Assembly: GCF_006345805.1 (NCBI RefSeq)
Contig: NC_043008.1
Span: 21,948,001-22,012,000 of the forward strand
From: Octopus sinensis
Taxonomy: Eukaryota
Reading direction: 5' to 3'
Length of the DNA stretch: 64,000 bases
Made by a program: the position numbers and the translations under genes. The notes below the pieces were generated by a model, which saw only the letters and a program-made list of their open reading frames with translations, was not told where the DNA came from and searched no databases. Numbering within the stretch: position 1 is the first letter of the stretch; the number at the start of each line of letters is the position of its first letter. Below are positions 1-14,537 of the stretch, piece by piece.

Positions 1-163
1 TCCATTTCATCAGCTTCTACACTGTCTTCCAAAATTCTATGTTATCCTGTGCTTTGTTTCTTTGTTTGTGTCTACGTCTCCTACACCAATAACACACATT
101 GTTGTTCTTATGAACAACCTGTTGTCCAAACCAAAGATCTAATGGTTCAGAACACCAATAAAC

Positions 164-603
164 TCTTTTACTCTTTTACTTGTTTCAGTCATTTGACTGT
201 GGCCATGCTGGAGCACCACCTTTTATTCAAACAAATCGACCCCAGGACTTATTATTTGTAAGCCTAGTATTTATTCTATCGGTCTCTTTTGCCGAATCGG
301 TAAGTTACAGGGATGTAAATACACCAGCATCGGTTGTCAAGCGATATTGGGGGTGCCAAACACAGACACACACACAAACATGCATATATATATATATATA
401 TATATATAAATATGATGATGATGATGATATATATATATATATACGATGGGCTTCTTTCAGTTTCCATCTACCAAATCCACTCACAAGGCTTTGGTCTGCT
501 CGAGACTATAGCAGAAGACACTTGCCCAAGGTATCAAGCAGTGGAACTGAACTTGGAACCATGTGGTTGGTAAGCAAGCTACTTAACACACTGCCACTCC
601 TGC
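164..603 (-). mobile_element. tRNA-derived SINE family A (CORE-like body, internal TA/TG microsatellite, TAAAAGAG tail)
   Basis: Matches the ~400-bp repeat seen many times in the window; head has A/B-box-like motifs (TGGCxGTGTGGT...GGTTCAGTCCC). Confidence 0.85.
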
Positions 604-1182
604 TAGAAACAGAAGTCAAATCTTTTCTAAATAACATCATACTCTCATAAAAAGGAAGGACACATCAGATAATGAGGTCTTAGATATTACAATACTTTTA
701 TTAATATTTTTGTGGTTTAATGGCAATCATGAGTCTGTTAGAAATAGCAGCCAAATCTCACCCCAAATAAAACTTTACTAACTTGAAAGAGAAGGACACA
801 GCAAATAATGTCCTTCTAGGTATTACTATGCTTGAAAAATGGACAGGATTGGACAGGATGGAATAGAACAAGCACAGCTGGAATATCTTTGATTGTATAT
901 TTGCTTGATCAGAACTGACCTAGATCTAGACATCGGCATCAACAGCAGCAGCAGCAGCAAATGGCAATCAAAGAAGTTATAGAATCCCTGGAGAGAATGA
1001 ACAGAATATATATTTGACAGACATATGTCAGATGTGAATCTATGATATCTGTTCTGTTTTTGGAACCATAACCATATGGATTATGATCTCTACTTCCTGC
1101 TGGATTAAACCAATCAACCATTGACAGCCAATGCTGATTTCATTAATGGTCAAATTTAAAAAAGGGGGAAAGTGACTTTTTC

Positions 1183-1604
1183 TTACTCTTTACTCTCTTT
1201 TACTCTTTTACTTGTTTCAGTCATTTGACTGCGGCCATGCTGGAGCACCGCCTTTAGTCGAGCAAATCAACCCCGGGACTTATTCTTTTGTAAGCCCAGT
1301 ACTTATTCTATCGGTCTCTTTTGCCGAACCGCTAGGTGACAGGGACGTAAACACACCAGCATCGGTTGTCAAGCAATGCTTGGGGGACAAACACAGACAC
1401 ACAAACATATACACACACATACATATATATACATATATACGACAGGCTTCTTTCAGTTTCCGTCTACCAAATCCACTCACAAGGCATTGGTCAGCCCGAG
1501 GCTATAGCAGAAGACACTTGCCCAAGATGCCACGCAGTGGGACTGAACCCAGAACCATGTGGTTGGTAGGCAAGCTACTTACCACACAGCCACTCCTGCG
1601 CCTA
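1183..1604 (-). mobile_element. SINE family A, full-length, low divergence
   Basis: Nearly identical to 25697-26101; TAGGCGCAGGAGTGGCTGTGTGG head, (TAAAAGAG)n tail. Confidence 0.9.
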
Positions 1605-3182
1605 TATTTATGTTACATGAATAACTTTATTCATAATAACTTTATTCATAATATGAAAGCATTTTGAAAGATGGACAACTCATATATACTCTCGGTGGCA
1701 TTCTTTTATGTAATAGCTCTGAGTCAATACTTCTCAGGTTCAAATCTGGTTGAGGTTAACTTTCTCTTTTATCCTTTAACCCTGTGTTTGCCGACCACTT
1801 TTTAATTATGAGTCTCTTTGATTCCTATTTTGCTCAGGTGGACCCTCATAACCATATGATGTTTAAAAAAAAATTATGTTATATTTTTATGATAAATATT
1901 ATAGGAATTGTACAAAAAATTGTTCAAATACTTTGTATATTTTAGAAGTACATTAATCCCTCGACTATTGTAGGTGTTATGTACCAAAACCTCCCATGAT
2001 AGGTGAAAATCCATGAAGTAGAAACAATGCTGTACTGCATATTTTTTTTATAATTCTTATAATTTATATATATATATATATATATATGGTTGTATTCAAA
2101 GCAATGATTAGTAACTTACGAAACCGGTATGCTTGAATCTCTTTAATAATTTCACAATAATGACTTTTATTACTTTTATTCCTACCTCAGTTCATCTAAT
2201 TATATATATCTTTCATTACTTTTCATAAAAAGCCTTTACTTTTTTTGATTTACAATGTACATTTTCGTTTATTTCTCTTACTTTCCCCTTACATTACCCT
2301 GTGTAGTTTCTATTTTCTTTTTGTAACATATTACTATTTTTATATATATATATATATATATATACATATATTATATTTATAAATGCAAGACAACACCACA
2401 CACTCACCTCCTGAGTTTCGTTTTCCATACAGTATATGTGATTCTTTGTTTACTCATCTATGGTACACTATGTATTTTCTTTTAATATATTTTAATTAAT
2501 GTGTTATACAGTGCAATACTGTACTGTATATTTATTTATTAATTTATTAATTTTTAGGCATGAAAATTCTTATTTTACCATAGAAATAATTAAAATCTAA
2601 AAAGATATAAATACCTATTGGCTGCAGAAACCCGCAATATACTGAGGAGTCTGCGATATAAATTTATGCATATTAGCCAGAAAAATCCGCAATATTCTGA
2701 AGGCACAATAAGTGAACCATGATATGGCAAGGGATTACTGCATAACCAATTTATTGCAGATTAATAAAATCTTATATGGGCCCCAGTTGGGAACCCCTGC
2801 TTTTGCCCTTTACCTGTCCAAAATGTTTCATTAGTTTGGCCTAAACATCCATACTTAGTTTTAGATTCTTAGACCTTTTTTCATTTGTTCTGGGTAATAT
2901 AAAGTTTTCCTTTCAGGAGTCCCAAGTTACTCTATTAGTTGAAAAGAAAAATTGGGAATGTATATCATACATGATGCATGGACACCAGAGAAGTATGTCC
3001 TGTGTCTCATGTGATACACAGGACAAGCAAATGGTTAAAGACTAATGAAAAATACATAATTAAAGGAGTTGATTTGCAGAACTTTCAGGGCATTGGACAA
3101 GATGTCTTGTAGTATTTGTCCCAACACTTTGCATTCTGATGGCAATGCCTGGGGTTACACTGGTACCAAGCTTTCTTTGTTC

Positions 3183-3433
3183 TTAACCATTTTGTTAATA
3201 TATTTCTATTGAAACAGACTTTGTTTTGAACAATTTTGAAAATAATAAAGAATTTAGTGAAATTAGTCTTTTACTAGCATGGAAAATGGATGTTAAATGA
3301 TGATGATGATAAGCTAGTATTTGGAGCATAAACTAACATGCAATCTCAATGAAAGGTTCTCAGTTAGCTTGATTTAAAATAGGAAGTTTGTAGCATAGAT
3401 CCATGAGCATTGGGTTCATAACAAAAGGGTTAA
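3183..3433. mobile_element. piggyBac-like MITE, family 2
   Basis: TTAA-CCATTTTGTTA ... TAACAAAAGGG-TTAA ends. Confidence 0.7.
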
Positions 3434-4267
3434 GAAAAATCTTTCCCAGGGATTACCAATCCATGCACCACAGACCAATACCAAGCCTTATATCATTTGG
3501 TCCTGGGCTACTGAGAAAGAATAAATTTTAACATTTCATTTCTGTTTTATTGACTATCACAGTTATGCAGACTGTTATATTTTGAAAAATTACTATTCTT
3601 ATATCTACCTTTTCTCACATTTGTCTAAGACACAGCTGTTTTTGAATTTTTTTATGCACTGATGATTTTTTTTTTTTTTGGTAATGCTCATAGTCACTTA
3701 GTTCACAGGAAAATTGTCCCGCCTACAGCTGGTCCACTGTGCAAAAACGGTAGGGAGTCAATGCTTTTAGAAACACTGTAGGGTAGAATGACAAGGCTTG
3801 TATAATGCATGGGCAACTGCCAACCTTCTATGAAATACTTTGCCTAGGCTGAAAACAAAGATTCGGAAACAGGTTCCAGCTTCACAGATGGAGGTCTTCT
3901 CTATAATCAAATCTCGAATTTTCCATTTATTTTATTATCCACAATGGCTTATCTGACATACTCTGCAAGAAAAGAACAATGTCTTTTATTGTGTTCTTAC
4001 AACTTTCCGTGTTATGGTACCAAGCAAATAAACAATAGAAAGGTACTATGGGGAGATAGGAAACAGCTTATAAAGAAGACTATATGCCAAGATTTTCTAT
4101 AGAATCAATACGATGCCACCAGCCTGGGTTGGCAGAAGTATAGACAGTTTGGAGCTGTGTGCATGCATGCGTGTGTGTGTGTGTGTGTGTGTGCCTGCAT
4201 GTATATGTAGATTATGTTACAACATTTATATTTTACATAAATATCTGTATCTATGTATGGAAATATG

Positions 4268-4326
<59 letters not shown>

Positions 4327-4348
4327 TAGATAGATAGATAGATAGATT

Positions 4349-4408
<60 letters not shown>

Positions 4409-4856
4409 TACATATTTGCATACATATAAACATGGGTACAGATATTTATATAAGATATAAAAGTTGTATATATATATATATATAGATATATAATTGAAAT
4501 TTATAGAGAAATAAAAGACGAAGACAAGTGTATGAACAACAAGCAAATGTCTTAGTTTCACTCTTGAGAAAAATGAAAAATTCTTTTATGTTTCAAGCCT
4601 ACACTCTTCAACAGAAAGGAATAAGAGATACCTACATCACATGTACATACAGTTTCAGGAGTGGCTGTGTGGTAAGAAGCTTGCTTACCCACCACATGGT
4701 TCCGGGTTCAGTCCCACTGCATGGCAGCACCTTGGGCAAGTGTCTTCTACTATAGCCTTGGGCTGACCAAAGCCTTGTGAGTGGATTTGGTAGATGGAGA
4801 CTGAAAGAAGCCCATCATATGTGTATATATATATAATATATATATATATATATTAG

Positions 4857-5026
4857 CAATTGCAGCATGGAAGGTGTTTGTAAGTCATTTAAGAAACACA
4901 CAAAGGCTGTTCGATTCACTTCAACATTTAAGTATATTTTGACAAATTATACTAAAATGTTGAAGTGAATGTAATGGTTTTGTGTGTTTCTTAAATGACT
5001 TACAAACACCTTCCACGCTGCAATTG
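4857..5026. repeat. Inverted repeat, ~80-bp arms, ~11-nt loop
   Basis: CAATTGCAGCATGGAAGGTGTTTGTAAGTCATTTAAGAAACACACAAA mirrored at the right end. Confidence 0.9.
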
Positions 5027-5066
5027 TTTTCGTTTCAGCACACTTGCTATGCAAGTACATCTCCAT

Positions 5067-5097
<31 letters not shown>

Positions 5098-5533
5098 GTG
5101 TGTGTGTTTGTTTATCTATGTTTGTTCCCCACCGTCACTTGACAACTTGACAAATTTATGTACACATAACTTAACAGTTCAGCAAAACAGACCAATAGAA
5201 TAAGTACTAGGCTTACAAGGAATAAGTCCTGAGATCAATTTGTTTGACTAAAGCCATGCTCCAATATGGCCAGAGTCAAATGACTGAAACAAGTGAAAGA
5301 ATACATAGAGAAAGAAAGAAACTACATCGTAGCCTTTGTGCAGGTTTTGAGTTATGAAATCATACCCACTACACTCACGGAGTGGTTGGTGTTAGGAAGG
5401 GCATCCAGCTGTAGAAACACTGCCAGATCAGACTGGAGCCTGGTGCAGCCTCCTGGCTTCCTAGACTCCTGTCGAACCGTTCAACCCATGCTAGCATTGA
5501 AAACGGACGTTAAACAATGATGATTATAATGAT

Positions 5534-5591
<58 letters not shown>

Positions 5592-5994
5592 AGAAGAGAA
5601 ATGACAAAGAGTAAACAATAACCTTATGAACTTCATTAGCATACAACTGTTTCTGCTATAAGATGTGGTAGACTCATAGTTGGATGCATGAGTACCACCT
5701 CATAGCTTCATCAGAGCATCAAACATAAAGTGCATATACATATATACATCATGTTGTGTGCACCTAACTGAGACACAGTTGTGCTTGTCTCTCTCCATTG
5801 TTTTCTCTTCTTGTCTTTTCTTTCTGTAGAAGAATGTATGACGCTCAAAATGTAAAAGGCTTTTCTTTCTATTTTTCTTAAGTGTAAACCTAATACATTC
5901 CACTGGTTTACTTCACCTTTGTGTTTTTTTAATATTTTTACACCACATACACAAACACAAGCAGACACATACATACATATACATATACATGGAT

Positions 5995-6059
<65 letters not shown>

Positions 6060-6838
6060 GATAGATAGATAGATAGACAGAGAGTGAGACAGAAAGAGAG
6101 AAACAGATATCTGTGCATGCATGTATGTATGTACATCTGTATATATTTATATATGTATAGTATGTAGTTCACATGCTCTGCAATGAGCCACTAAGTACCT
6201 TGGGAACGATCATATAATTGATAAGATCCTCAATCCTGGATTTAAAATAATGTAACAGTAAATCTTGGTAGTTTTCATATCATAATAACTTTCCTAAATC
6301 TATTAAGCGGATGTTTTGAAACCTTTGTAATCCCGTTTTCTGATTAAACTGTTCTAACGCATGCTGTGCTAAATCCCAAAGCACCTTGGGAATAAATTTA
6401 TAGCAGATAAAATCCTCAATTCCTAATACACCTATATACCTATGTACATAAAACCCATATATACATATGTGTGTGTATGGATGTATTCATAAGTGGTGGC
6501 TTCTCCCATTGGAGAAGACAGATGAGGTTTCTGCAATTCCTTGGTGAAAAACCTACACAGGTGATTTCTTTGTTGGGATCAAATATTTGTGATATACGTG
6601 AGATCCCATTTTCCATCAGATCGACATTACCTGTACAGGTGCATGGTATGTCGAAGTGGTTACAGAGCAATGGGAAATGTATTGTTTTGCACAAGAACAC
6701 AATGCAGCATCCAGCCCAGGAATCGAAACCAAGATCTCACAATCATGACAGCAACACTCTAACCACTAGTCCTTGAGCCTTCAGTACTCTATTAATACTA
6801 TCTATCTATTTATCTATCTATTGATAGACACACACACA

Positions 6839-6879
<41 letters not shown>

Positions 6880-7078
6880 ATATGATATATGATATTTATT
6901 CAATTGCCATAATAAGACTCCGAGTTTTGGATATTGAGGCAGAAACCTCTTCAGTTATTGAAGCAATCAAAATATGCTATGAAAATGACCATTAAACAAA
7001 GGGAAATTACTATGTAAATGAACCACAAACCATGTTGTTGGGAAGCAGGCTTCTTATCACACAGCCATGCCTGCCCTG

Positions 7079-7143
<65 letters not shown>

Positions 7144-8794
7144 CAGGCTCCTTACTGAACCTGGAACCATGTTGTTAGGAAGCAGGCTTCTTATCTCACA
7201 GCCAATATATATATAATATATATATACGTATATATGTATATATGGCAACCTGACTAGTGCTAGGGGTGTGTAAAAAGTATCGAGTGCACTCTCTAAAGTG
7301 GTTGGCATTAGGAAGACTACCCAGCCATAGAAACCATGCCAAATCAGACAATTGGAGCTTGATATAGCACACCAGCTCTCCAGTTCCTCGTCAAACCATC
7401 AAACCCAGGCTGGCATGGAAAGCAGACATTAGATGATGATGATGATGATGATGGTAATGATCTGTGTGTGTGTGTTGTGTGTGTGTGTGTGTCTGTACTC
7501 TTATTACCTACCCAACCATCCATCCACCCTAACCTTTCTCTACATCCCCACATATTCATCCATCCAACTGTCAATCAATATAATCTTTCTAACCATCAAT
7601 CTCTCCATCTCCTTACCTTCCTGTCTGCCTTTTCATTCATTTAACTTGCAGCCTTTCCATCTTTCTGTCTAAAAGCCTGCATCCTTCGTCACCTTTCCTG
7701 TCAATATAGTTAGGCATTAAAAACCAAAAACAACAACTGAACCCTTATTGTCTGTTATCTGTTGCATTGTTCTCATATAATGGATGGTTTTTGATATCCC
7801 ATAATTTATTTAAATATCTGTTTCTTTTGCTATCTGTTATACTATTCAAATATATTTGATAGTTTTTGATATAACATTGCACAGTTAATATCAGACTCTG
7901 ACAATACTGTGTGACATTTAATTCCAATGACACAATATTTGCACACACACATGCATGCATGCATGTACACACACAAGCACACATGCACTCACGCACATAC
8001 ACACACATGCACACACACACAAGCCTACACGCATACACACATACACAAACACAAATAAACATATACATATATCTAGAGATATGTGTGTAACATGTAATAC
8101 ATGAATGGCTGTGTGAACAGCCATGCTACTTGGCAGTGAAACATGGGCCGTGACTGCTGAGGACATGTGAAGGCTTGAAAAAAATTTATCTAGTATGCTC
8201 CATTGGATGTGCAATGTCGGTGTACATATACAACTGAGTATAAGCATCTTGAGAGAAAAATTGGGCATAAGAGGCATCAGATGTGGTGTTTAAGAGAGAA
8301 GACTGTGCAGGTGTGATCATGTGATTTGTATGGATGAGGAAAGCTACTTAAAAAGTGCCAATCTCTAACTGTGGAGGGAACCTGTGGAAGACATAGACAC
8401 AGGAAGACATAAGATAAGGTGGTAGAGAATGATTTTCAAATGTTGGGTTGCACAAAGGTGATGACAAACAATTGTGACATTTGATGATTTGCTGTGCTTG
8501 AGAAGAGCTGTCTAACCAAGGATAATCATAGTTGTGTCTGGTATCAGTGACATGTAAAAGCACCTGTGGTACCAGCAACATGTAAAAGGTACTGAATACA
8601 GTCTCAGAGTGATTGGTGCTAGGAAGGGCATCCAGCTGTAGAAACTATGCCAAATCAGATGGGAACCTGGTCCAGCTCACCAGCTGACCAATCCCAGTCA
8701 AACCAACTAATCCATGCCAACATGGGCAATGGACTTAAAATGGTGTGGATGATGATACAAACACATACATACATACATACACACATATATACAT

Positions 8795-8825
<31 letters not shown>

Positions 8826-9375
8826 AACATATATATACACACACATATACATGTAAACATACATGCATATTATATATGTATGTGTACATAACTATATAGA
8901 TATATATGGTTATATATACATATACATATATGTATATACACACACACACACATACACATATATATATATGTATGTATACTTATACATATACATACACACA
9001 CATACACACACACATACATATATATGTCCATAAGAAATAAGAGAGAGCGAGATGTGCGACTGACTCCTTTTTTTTTTACATCAATTCTTAATGTTAGCTT
9101 TAGTGAAAAATAAAAATAAAAAAGAACAATGTCAATTTTTCCCAAACATACCAAGTTAGATGAAAAGTATGATAAAATATATATATTTAGATATATTCCA
9201 ATTTAATTTCATTAATTCGGTTGTGTTATAAATTTACACACTCCTCTAGTCTTCTGATATGATTATACCATTTTTTTCAGGAAAAGTGAAACTTGGCAAC
9301 TCATAGCATATGCTTACTTTCCTTGGAGAAAAAACATCTATTTTTAAAAGATCACACACACACACAAACAAACAA

Positions 9376-9410
<35 letters not shown>

Positions 9411-9419
9411 CATATATAT

Positions 9420-9524
<105 letters not shown>

Positions 9525-10144
9525 GTATATATGTATGTATATATATATATAGCAGATACAGTTGTTGTTGTTGTTTTGATTATTGCGGTCGTTTTTGTTG
9601 TTGTTGTTGTTGTTGTTCTTGTTATTTTGTTTATTATTTTCCATTCGGTTTTAGATTTATGAAATATTTAACGTTATTTTGTTATTGTAGACATTCGCTG
9701 TTTTATCATGTTTATGATCACAAAAAAAAAAATATTCAATTATGAACCAACAAATTTATAACCACATCTGCAACTGTTACTACATAAGATGAAAACATTT
9801 TTTTTTTCACTTAAATACGTTTTTTTTTTATGTGTTTTATTACTATATATATATATATATATATATATAGTGTCTGATGAGCTGTCTGATATAGCGTCTG
9901 AAGCAATGCTACTTTCTCTATTCAACCATGGGTAAAATTTCTAAAGATCTTGTGTAATTCATCACACATAATAATTTATATGTAATGTAATTCAGAGTAG
10001 TATGGCACAGAAACAATTGTAACTAGTATTAAATTTATACTTTATTGATATCTTCATTTTCTACCTCGTTTTATACACATATATATGTATACATGGATAT
10101 CTATATATATGTATATACATGTATATATTTGGGTGTGTGTATGT

Positions 10145-10540
10145 ATAGGAGTGGCTGTGTGGTAAGTAGCTTGCTAACCAACCACATGGTTCTGGGTTCA
10201 GTCCCACTGCGTGGCATCTTGGGCAAGTGTCTTCTGCTATAGCCTCGGGCCGACCAAAGCCTTGTGAGTGGATTTGGTAGACGGAAACTGAAAGAAGCCT
10301 GTCGTATATATGTATATATATATATATTTGCATGTGTGTGTATATGTTTGTCCCTCTAGCATTGCTTGACAACCGATGATGGTGTGTTTACGTCTCCGTC
10401 ACTTAGCAGTTCGGAAAAAGAGACCGATTGAATAAGTACTGGGCTTACAAAGTCCCAGGGTCGATTTGCTCGACTAAAGGCGGTGCTCCAGCATGGCCGC
10501 AGTCAAATGACTGAAACAAGTAAAAGAGTAAAAGAGTAAA
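10145..10540 (+). mobile_element. SINE family A, full-length
   Basis: Head GGAGTGGCTGTGTGGTAAG through tail GTAAAAGAGTAAAAGAG. Confidence 0.9.
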
Positions 10541-10818
10541 GGAGTATATGTAGAAGGTTGAAAAGGATATATATATGTATATATATATATATTATGTACA
10601 TACATGTGTTCTCATTGTAGCCATGAAATAGATGAGATTTTCTATAGAGTCCTTTACTTCTAATAATCATATCTTGTCTACCCAACATCAATATTGAGAC
10701 TTCATTTAAACTTCTGTCTTTCAAGTACTATCCTGAGTATATTCCATATACATACGTACATACATGTGTATTTACATACATATATATGTGTGTGTATATA
10801 TATATGTATATACATACA

Positions 10819-10854
<36 letters not shown>

Positions 10855-12380
10855 TACACACACAAGTATACATATATACATATATACATATATACAAACA
10901 ATTACACAATTACCAGCACATATACATGTGTGTGTGCGCCTGTGTGTGCATGTGTGTGTGCATGTGTGCGCCTGTGTGTGCATGTGTGTGTGTCTATGTG
11001 TGCGTCTGTGTATCTGTCTTTTGTGTACATAATAATAAGATATATGTGAAGAGTATTTTTCTGGCTTTAAGATATGTCAACATTTTCTTTATCCGTTTTC
11101 ATTTATTTCCGAAATTCATATGAAGAAAGGAAATTAGAATGTGTAAGCATTTTTCTTAAACAACTGGGTTTTTACTGAAAGTTACTGGTTTTTTTTCATC
11201 TCCAGGTATGAAATAGGATTTCCTTTCCTTTGTACACTTTTGTGTGAATACATTTATCGCATTGAAAGCCAAAAAGACAATTCTGCAATTTTATTGTATG
11301 TAGGCTTTCTTATCTCTTTATTGCTCACAAGGGACTAAACATAGAGGGGATGAACAAGGACAGACAAAGGGATTAAGTCGATTACATCGACCTCAGTGCG
11401 TAACTGGTACTTAATTTATCGACCCCAAAAAGATGAAAGGCAAAGTCGGCCTCGGTGGAATTTGAACTCAGAACATAAAGACGGACGAAATACCGCTAAG
11501 CATTTTGCTTGGAGTGCTAACGTGTCTGCCAGCTTGCCGCCTTTGTATGTAAGCTGTCTGTATAAGGTAGCAAGCTGGCAAAATTATTAGGACATCAAAC
11601 AAACTGCTCAGCAATATTTCTTCTGAATCCAAATCCCTCGAGGGGAACCTAACCTTTCATCCCTTTTGGGGTCCATAAATAAAGTATCAGTCATGTACTG
11701 GGGATGATGTAATCGACTTACCCCCACCCCCACCCCACCCTCACATCAAATATTGTTTTGCCTTGAACCCTGCATCAGACTGGTGCCCCTTTCAAGGAGA
11801 ATGTTATGATCTGAGACACATATCTCTTTATCATCGTCAACACCATCATCTATGTTGGCGTGGGTTGGACAGTTTGACATATGCTGGTAAGGCCAGGGCC
11901 CACACTAAACTCCATTGTCTGTTCTGGAGTGGTTTCTACAGCTGGATGCTCTTCCTAATGCTTTAATTATGATCGAAAAACATCCCAACAAATACTCAAC
12001 CAAATCATCACAACTTCTAAATATATATAACATAGAGAAAATAGTACTGCTGTGTACCACTCAGACATCTTATGTAGAGAACTTTCAATGTAGTGAAAAT
12101 AACAGCAACACTAAACAAACCACAGCACATACCCAAGGCTCTAATGTTCTTCTTCATGTGCCACCAGTACAAGTGCCAGTAAGGCAACGCTGGTAATGAT
12201 CACACTCGAATGGTGCTTTTTATGTGCCACCTGCACAGGAGCCAGTCAGAGGCCCTGGCAACAATCATGCTCAGATGGTGCTTTAACAATGCCTAGCCTA
12301 GCAATTAAAAGTATAATTAATTTCTTTTGCTTCTTACCGATCCAAATTACAATGGTAGCATTGAAGATATTATATATATT

Positions 12381-12915
12381 TAAGGCGGTGAGCTGGCAGA
12401 AACGTTAGCACGCCAGGCGAAATACTTAGCAGTATTTCATCTGCTGCTACGTTCTGAGTTCAAATTCCGCCGAGGTCGACTTTGCCTTAATCCGTTTATC
12501 TGCCCTTGTTTGTCCCCTCTATGTTTAGCCCCTTGTGGGTAGTAAAGAAATAGGTATTTCATCTGCCGTTACATTCTGAGTACAAATTTCGGCGAGGTCC
12601 ACTTTGCCTTTCATCCTTTCAGGGTCGATTAAATAAGTACCAGTTACACACTGGGGTTAATATAATCGACTTAATCCATTTGTCTGTCCTTGTTTGTCCC
12701 CTCTATGTTTAGCCCCTTGTGGGTAGTAAAGAAATAGCTATTTCATCTGCCGTTACGTTCTGAGTTCAAATTTCGGCGAGGTCAACTTTACTTTTCATCC
12801 TTTCAGGGTCGATTAAATAAGTACCAGTTACGCACTGAGGTCGATATAATCGACTTAATCCATTTGTCTGTCCTTGTTTGTCCTCTCTGTTTTTAGCCCC
12901 TTGTGGGCAATAAAG
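12381..12915 (+). mobile_element. tRNA-derived SINE family B, tandem trimer
   Basis: Head AAGGCGGTGAGCTGGCAGAAACGTTAGC, B-box GAGTTCAAATTCC, body GTCGACTTTGCCTTTCATCC, end AAAGAAATAG; restarts near 12553 and 12737. Confidence 0.9.
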
Positions 12916-12951
12916 AAATAGATATTATATACATTTGCTCATTTGTGTTAC

Positions 12952-13158
12952 ATTAGATTGTTTATTTTTGTTTCCGTGAATGATGACAGATTTGAGGAAT
13001 ATGTTAGTGAGCCATTGTCTGACAGCTTGATGGCTTTTCTGTTGTTAACACTGGACTGCTTTCCCAGTAAGGTGTCTTTCATTCCGCGTGACTTTGAAGA
13101 CACAAAGCAAGTGGATGCTGTGTTGACAGAAGAACAAACAGCATCAACATCACACCAC
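12952..13158 (-). CDS. Possible Ser-rich exon (WCDVDAVCSSVNTASTCFVSSKSRGMKDTLLGKQSSVNNRKAIKLSDNGSLTYSSNLSSFTETKINNL)
   Basis: Non-repetitive open frame; acceptor gatacag| is weak; donor AT|GTAACA; 207 nt, phase 2-2. Confidence 0.35.
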
Positions 13159-13974
13159 CTGTATCTCACAACTTTCAGACAAGCAAGTTGTAAGCAAACA
13201 CACAAGCACACAAACATACACAGACACACACACACACATACACACAAACCGAAAAGCCAACACAAAGAGTAACACTATAACCTTCAAAACTTCCTTGTAA
13301 ATGATTCATTTACTACTCAATTTCTATGCTTTATTCTGTTTGCTGTTCAGGCATTTCATGTGTGTGTGTGTGTGTGTGTATGTTTGTGTGTCTGTGTCTG
13401 TCACCCCAACATTGCTTGACAACTGATGCTGGTGTGTTTATGTCCCTTTCGTGGTCGATAAATTAAGTACCAGTTATGCACTGGGTCGATGTAATCGACT
13501 TAATACCTTTATCTGTCCTTGTTTGTCCCCTCTATGTTTAGCCCCTTGTGGGCAATAAAGAAATAAGAATCGTGAGCATGCAAGGCAAAATGCTTGGTGG
13601 TATTTCATCTGCCATTACGTTCTGAATTCAAATTCTGCTGAGGTCAGCTTTGCTTTTCATCCTTTCAGGGTCAATGAAATAAGTACCAGTTATGCACTGG
13701 GGGTTGATATAATTAACTCGTCCCCTTCCCTCAGAACTTTTCAAGGCCTTGTGTCTAGAATAGAAATCATTGTTATTACTATCATATAATTATGCAACTG
13801 TTTTCTTTTGATTGCTCTCTTCCAAACTTACAAACAAGGTTTTGTGTGGCCACAGGCTCTTGTAGGGGGCACATACTCAAGGTACTATGCCGAAAGACTG
13901 AACCCCCAAAGTTGGGAGGTAAACTTCTTAACCATACCTATACTGAGAAATGTATATGTGTACTGGTGGCCCAT

Positions 13975-14370
13975 AAAAGGCACTGTGCCAGTGACACATA
14001 AAAGACACCTGTGCTGGTGACACATGAAAGTCTCCTGTGGTGGTGACATGTAAAATGGACCTGTGCCACTGACATATAAAGGCACTCATGCCAGTGAAAC
14101 ATACAGGGCACCTGTGCTGGGGACATGTAAAAGGCACCTATGTCATTGGCATGTAAAAGACACCTGTGCAGGTGACACATAAAAGGCATCTGTACCAGTG
14201 ACATGTAAAAGACACTTGTGCTAATGTAACGTAAAAGGCACCTGTGACAGTGACACATTAAAAAGGCACTTGTGCCAGTGACATGTAAGAGGCACTGTGC
14301 CAGCAACACGTAAAATGCCCTCGTGCTGGTGACACATGAGAAGTACCCATGCTGCTGACATATAACAGGC
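13975..14370 (+). repeat. ~25-bp minisatellite (AAAAGGCACCTGTGCCAGTGACAC), ~15 diverged units
   Basis: Periodic GGCAC-TGTGCC motif directly 5' of the AGGAAGGG module. Confidence 0.85.
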
Positions 14371-14537
14371 ACCGGCAAATTGTGTAGTGGTTGGCATTAG
14401 GAAGGGTGTCTTAGTCATAAAAACCAATCCAAAACAAACAATGTAATCTGGTACAGCTCTCCAACTTACCTGTTCCAGTTAAATCATCCACACACATATA
14501 CATATATATATGATATATATACATTTACATATATTAA

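Noticed and set aside
7745-7920. Protein-like minus-strand frame (YIKNYQIYLNSITDSK...)
   Set aside because: No convincing acceptor; an isolated AT-rich frame.
9870-9944. KFYPWLNRESSIASDAISDSSSDT segment
   Set aside because: Runs into (TA)n without a donor and is not phase-compatible with the 12,952 donor.
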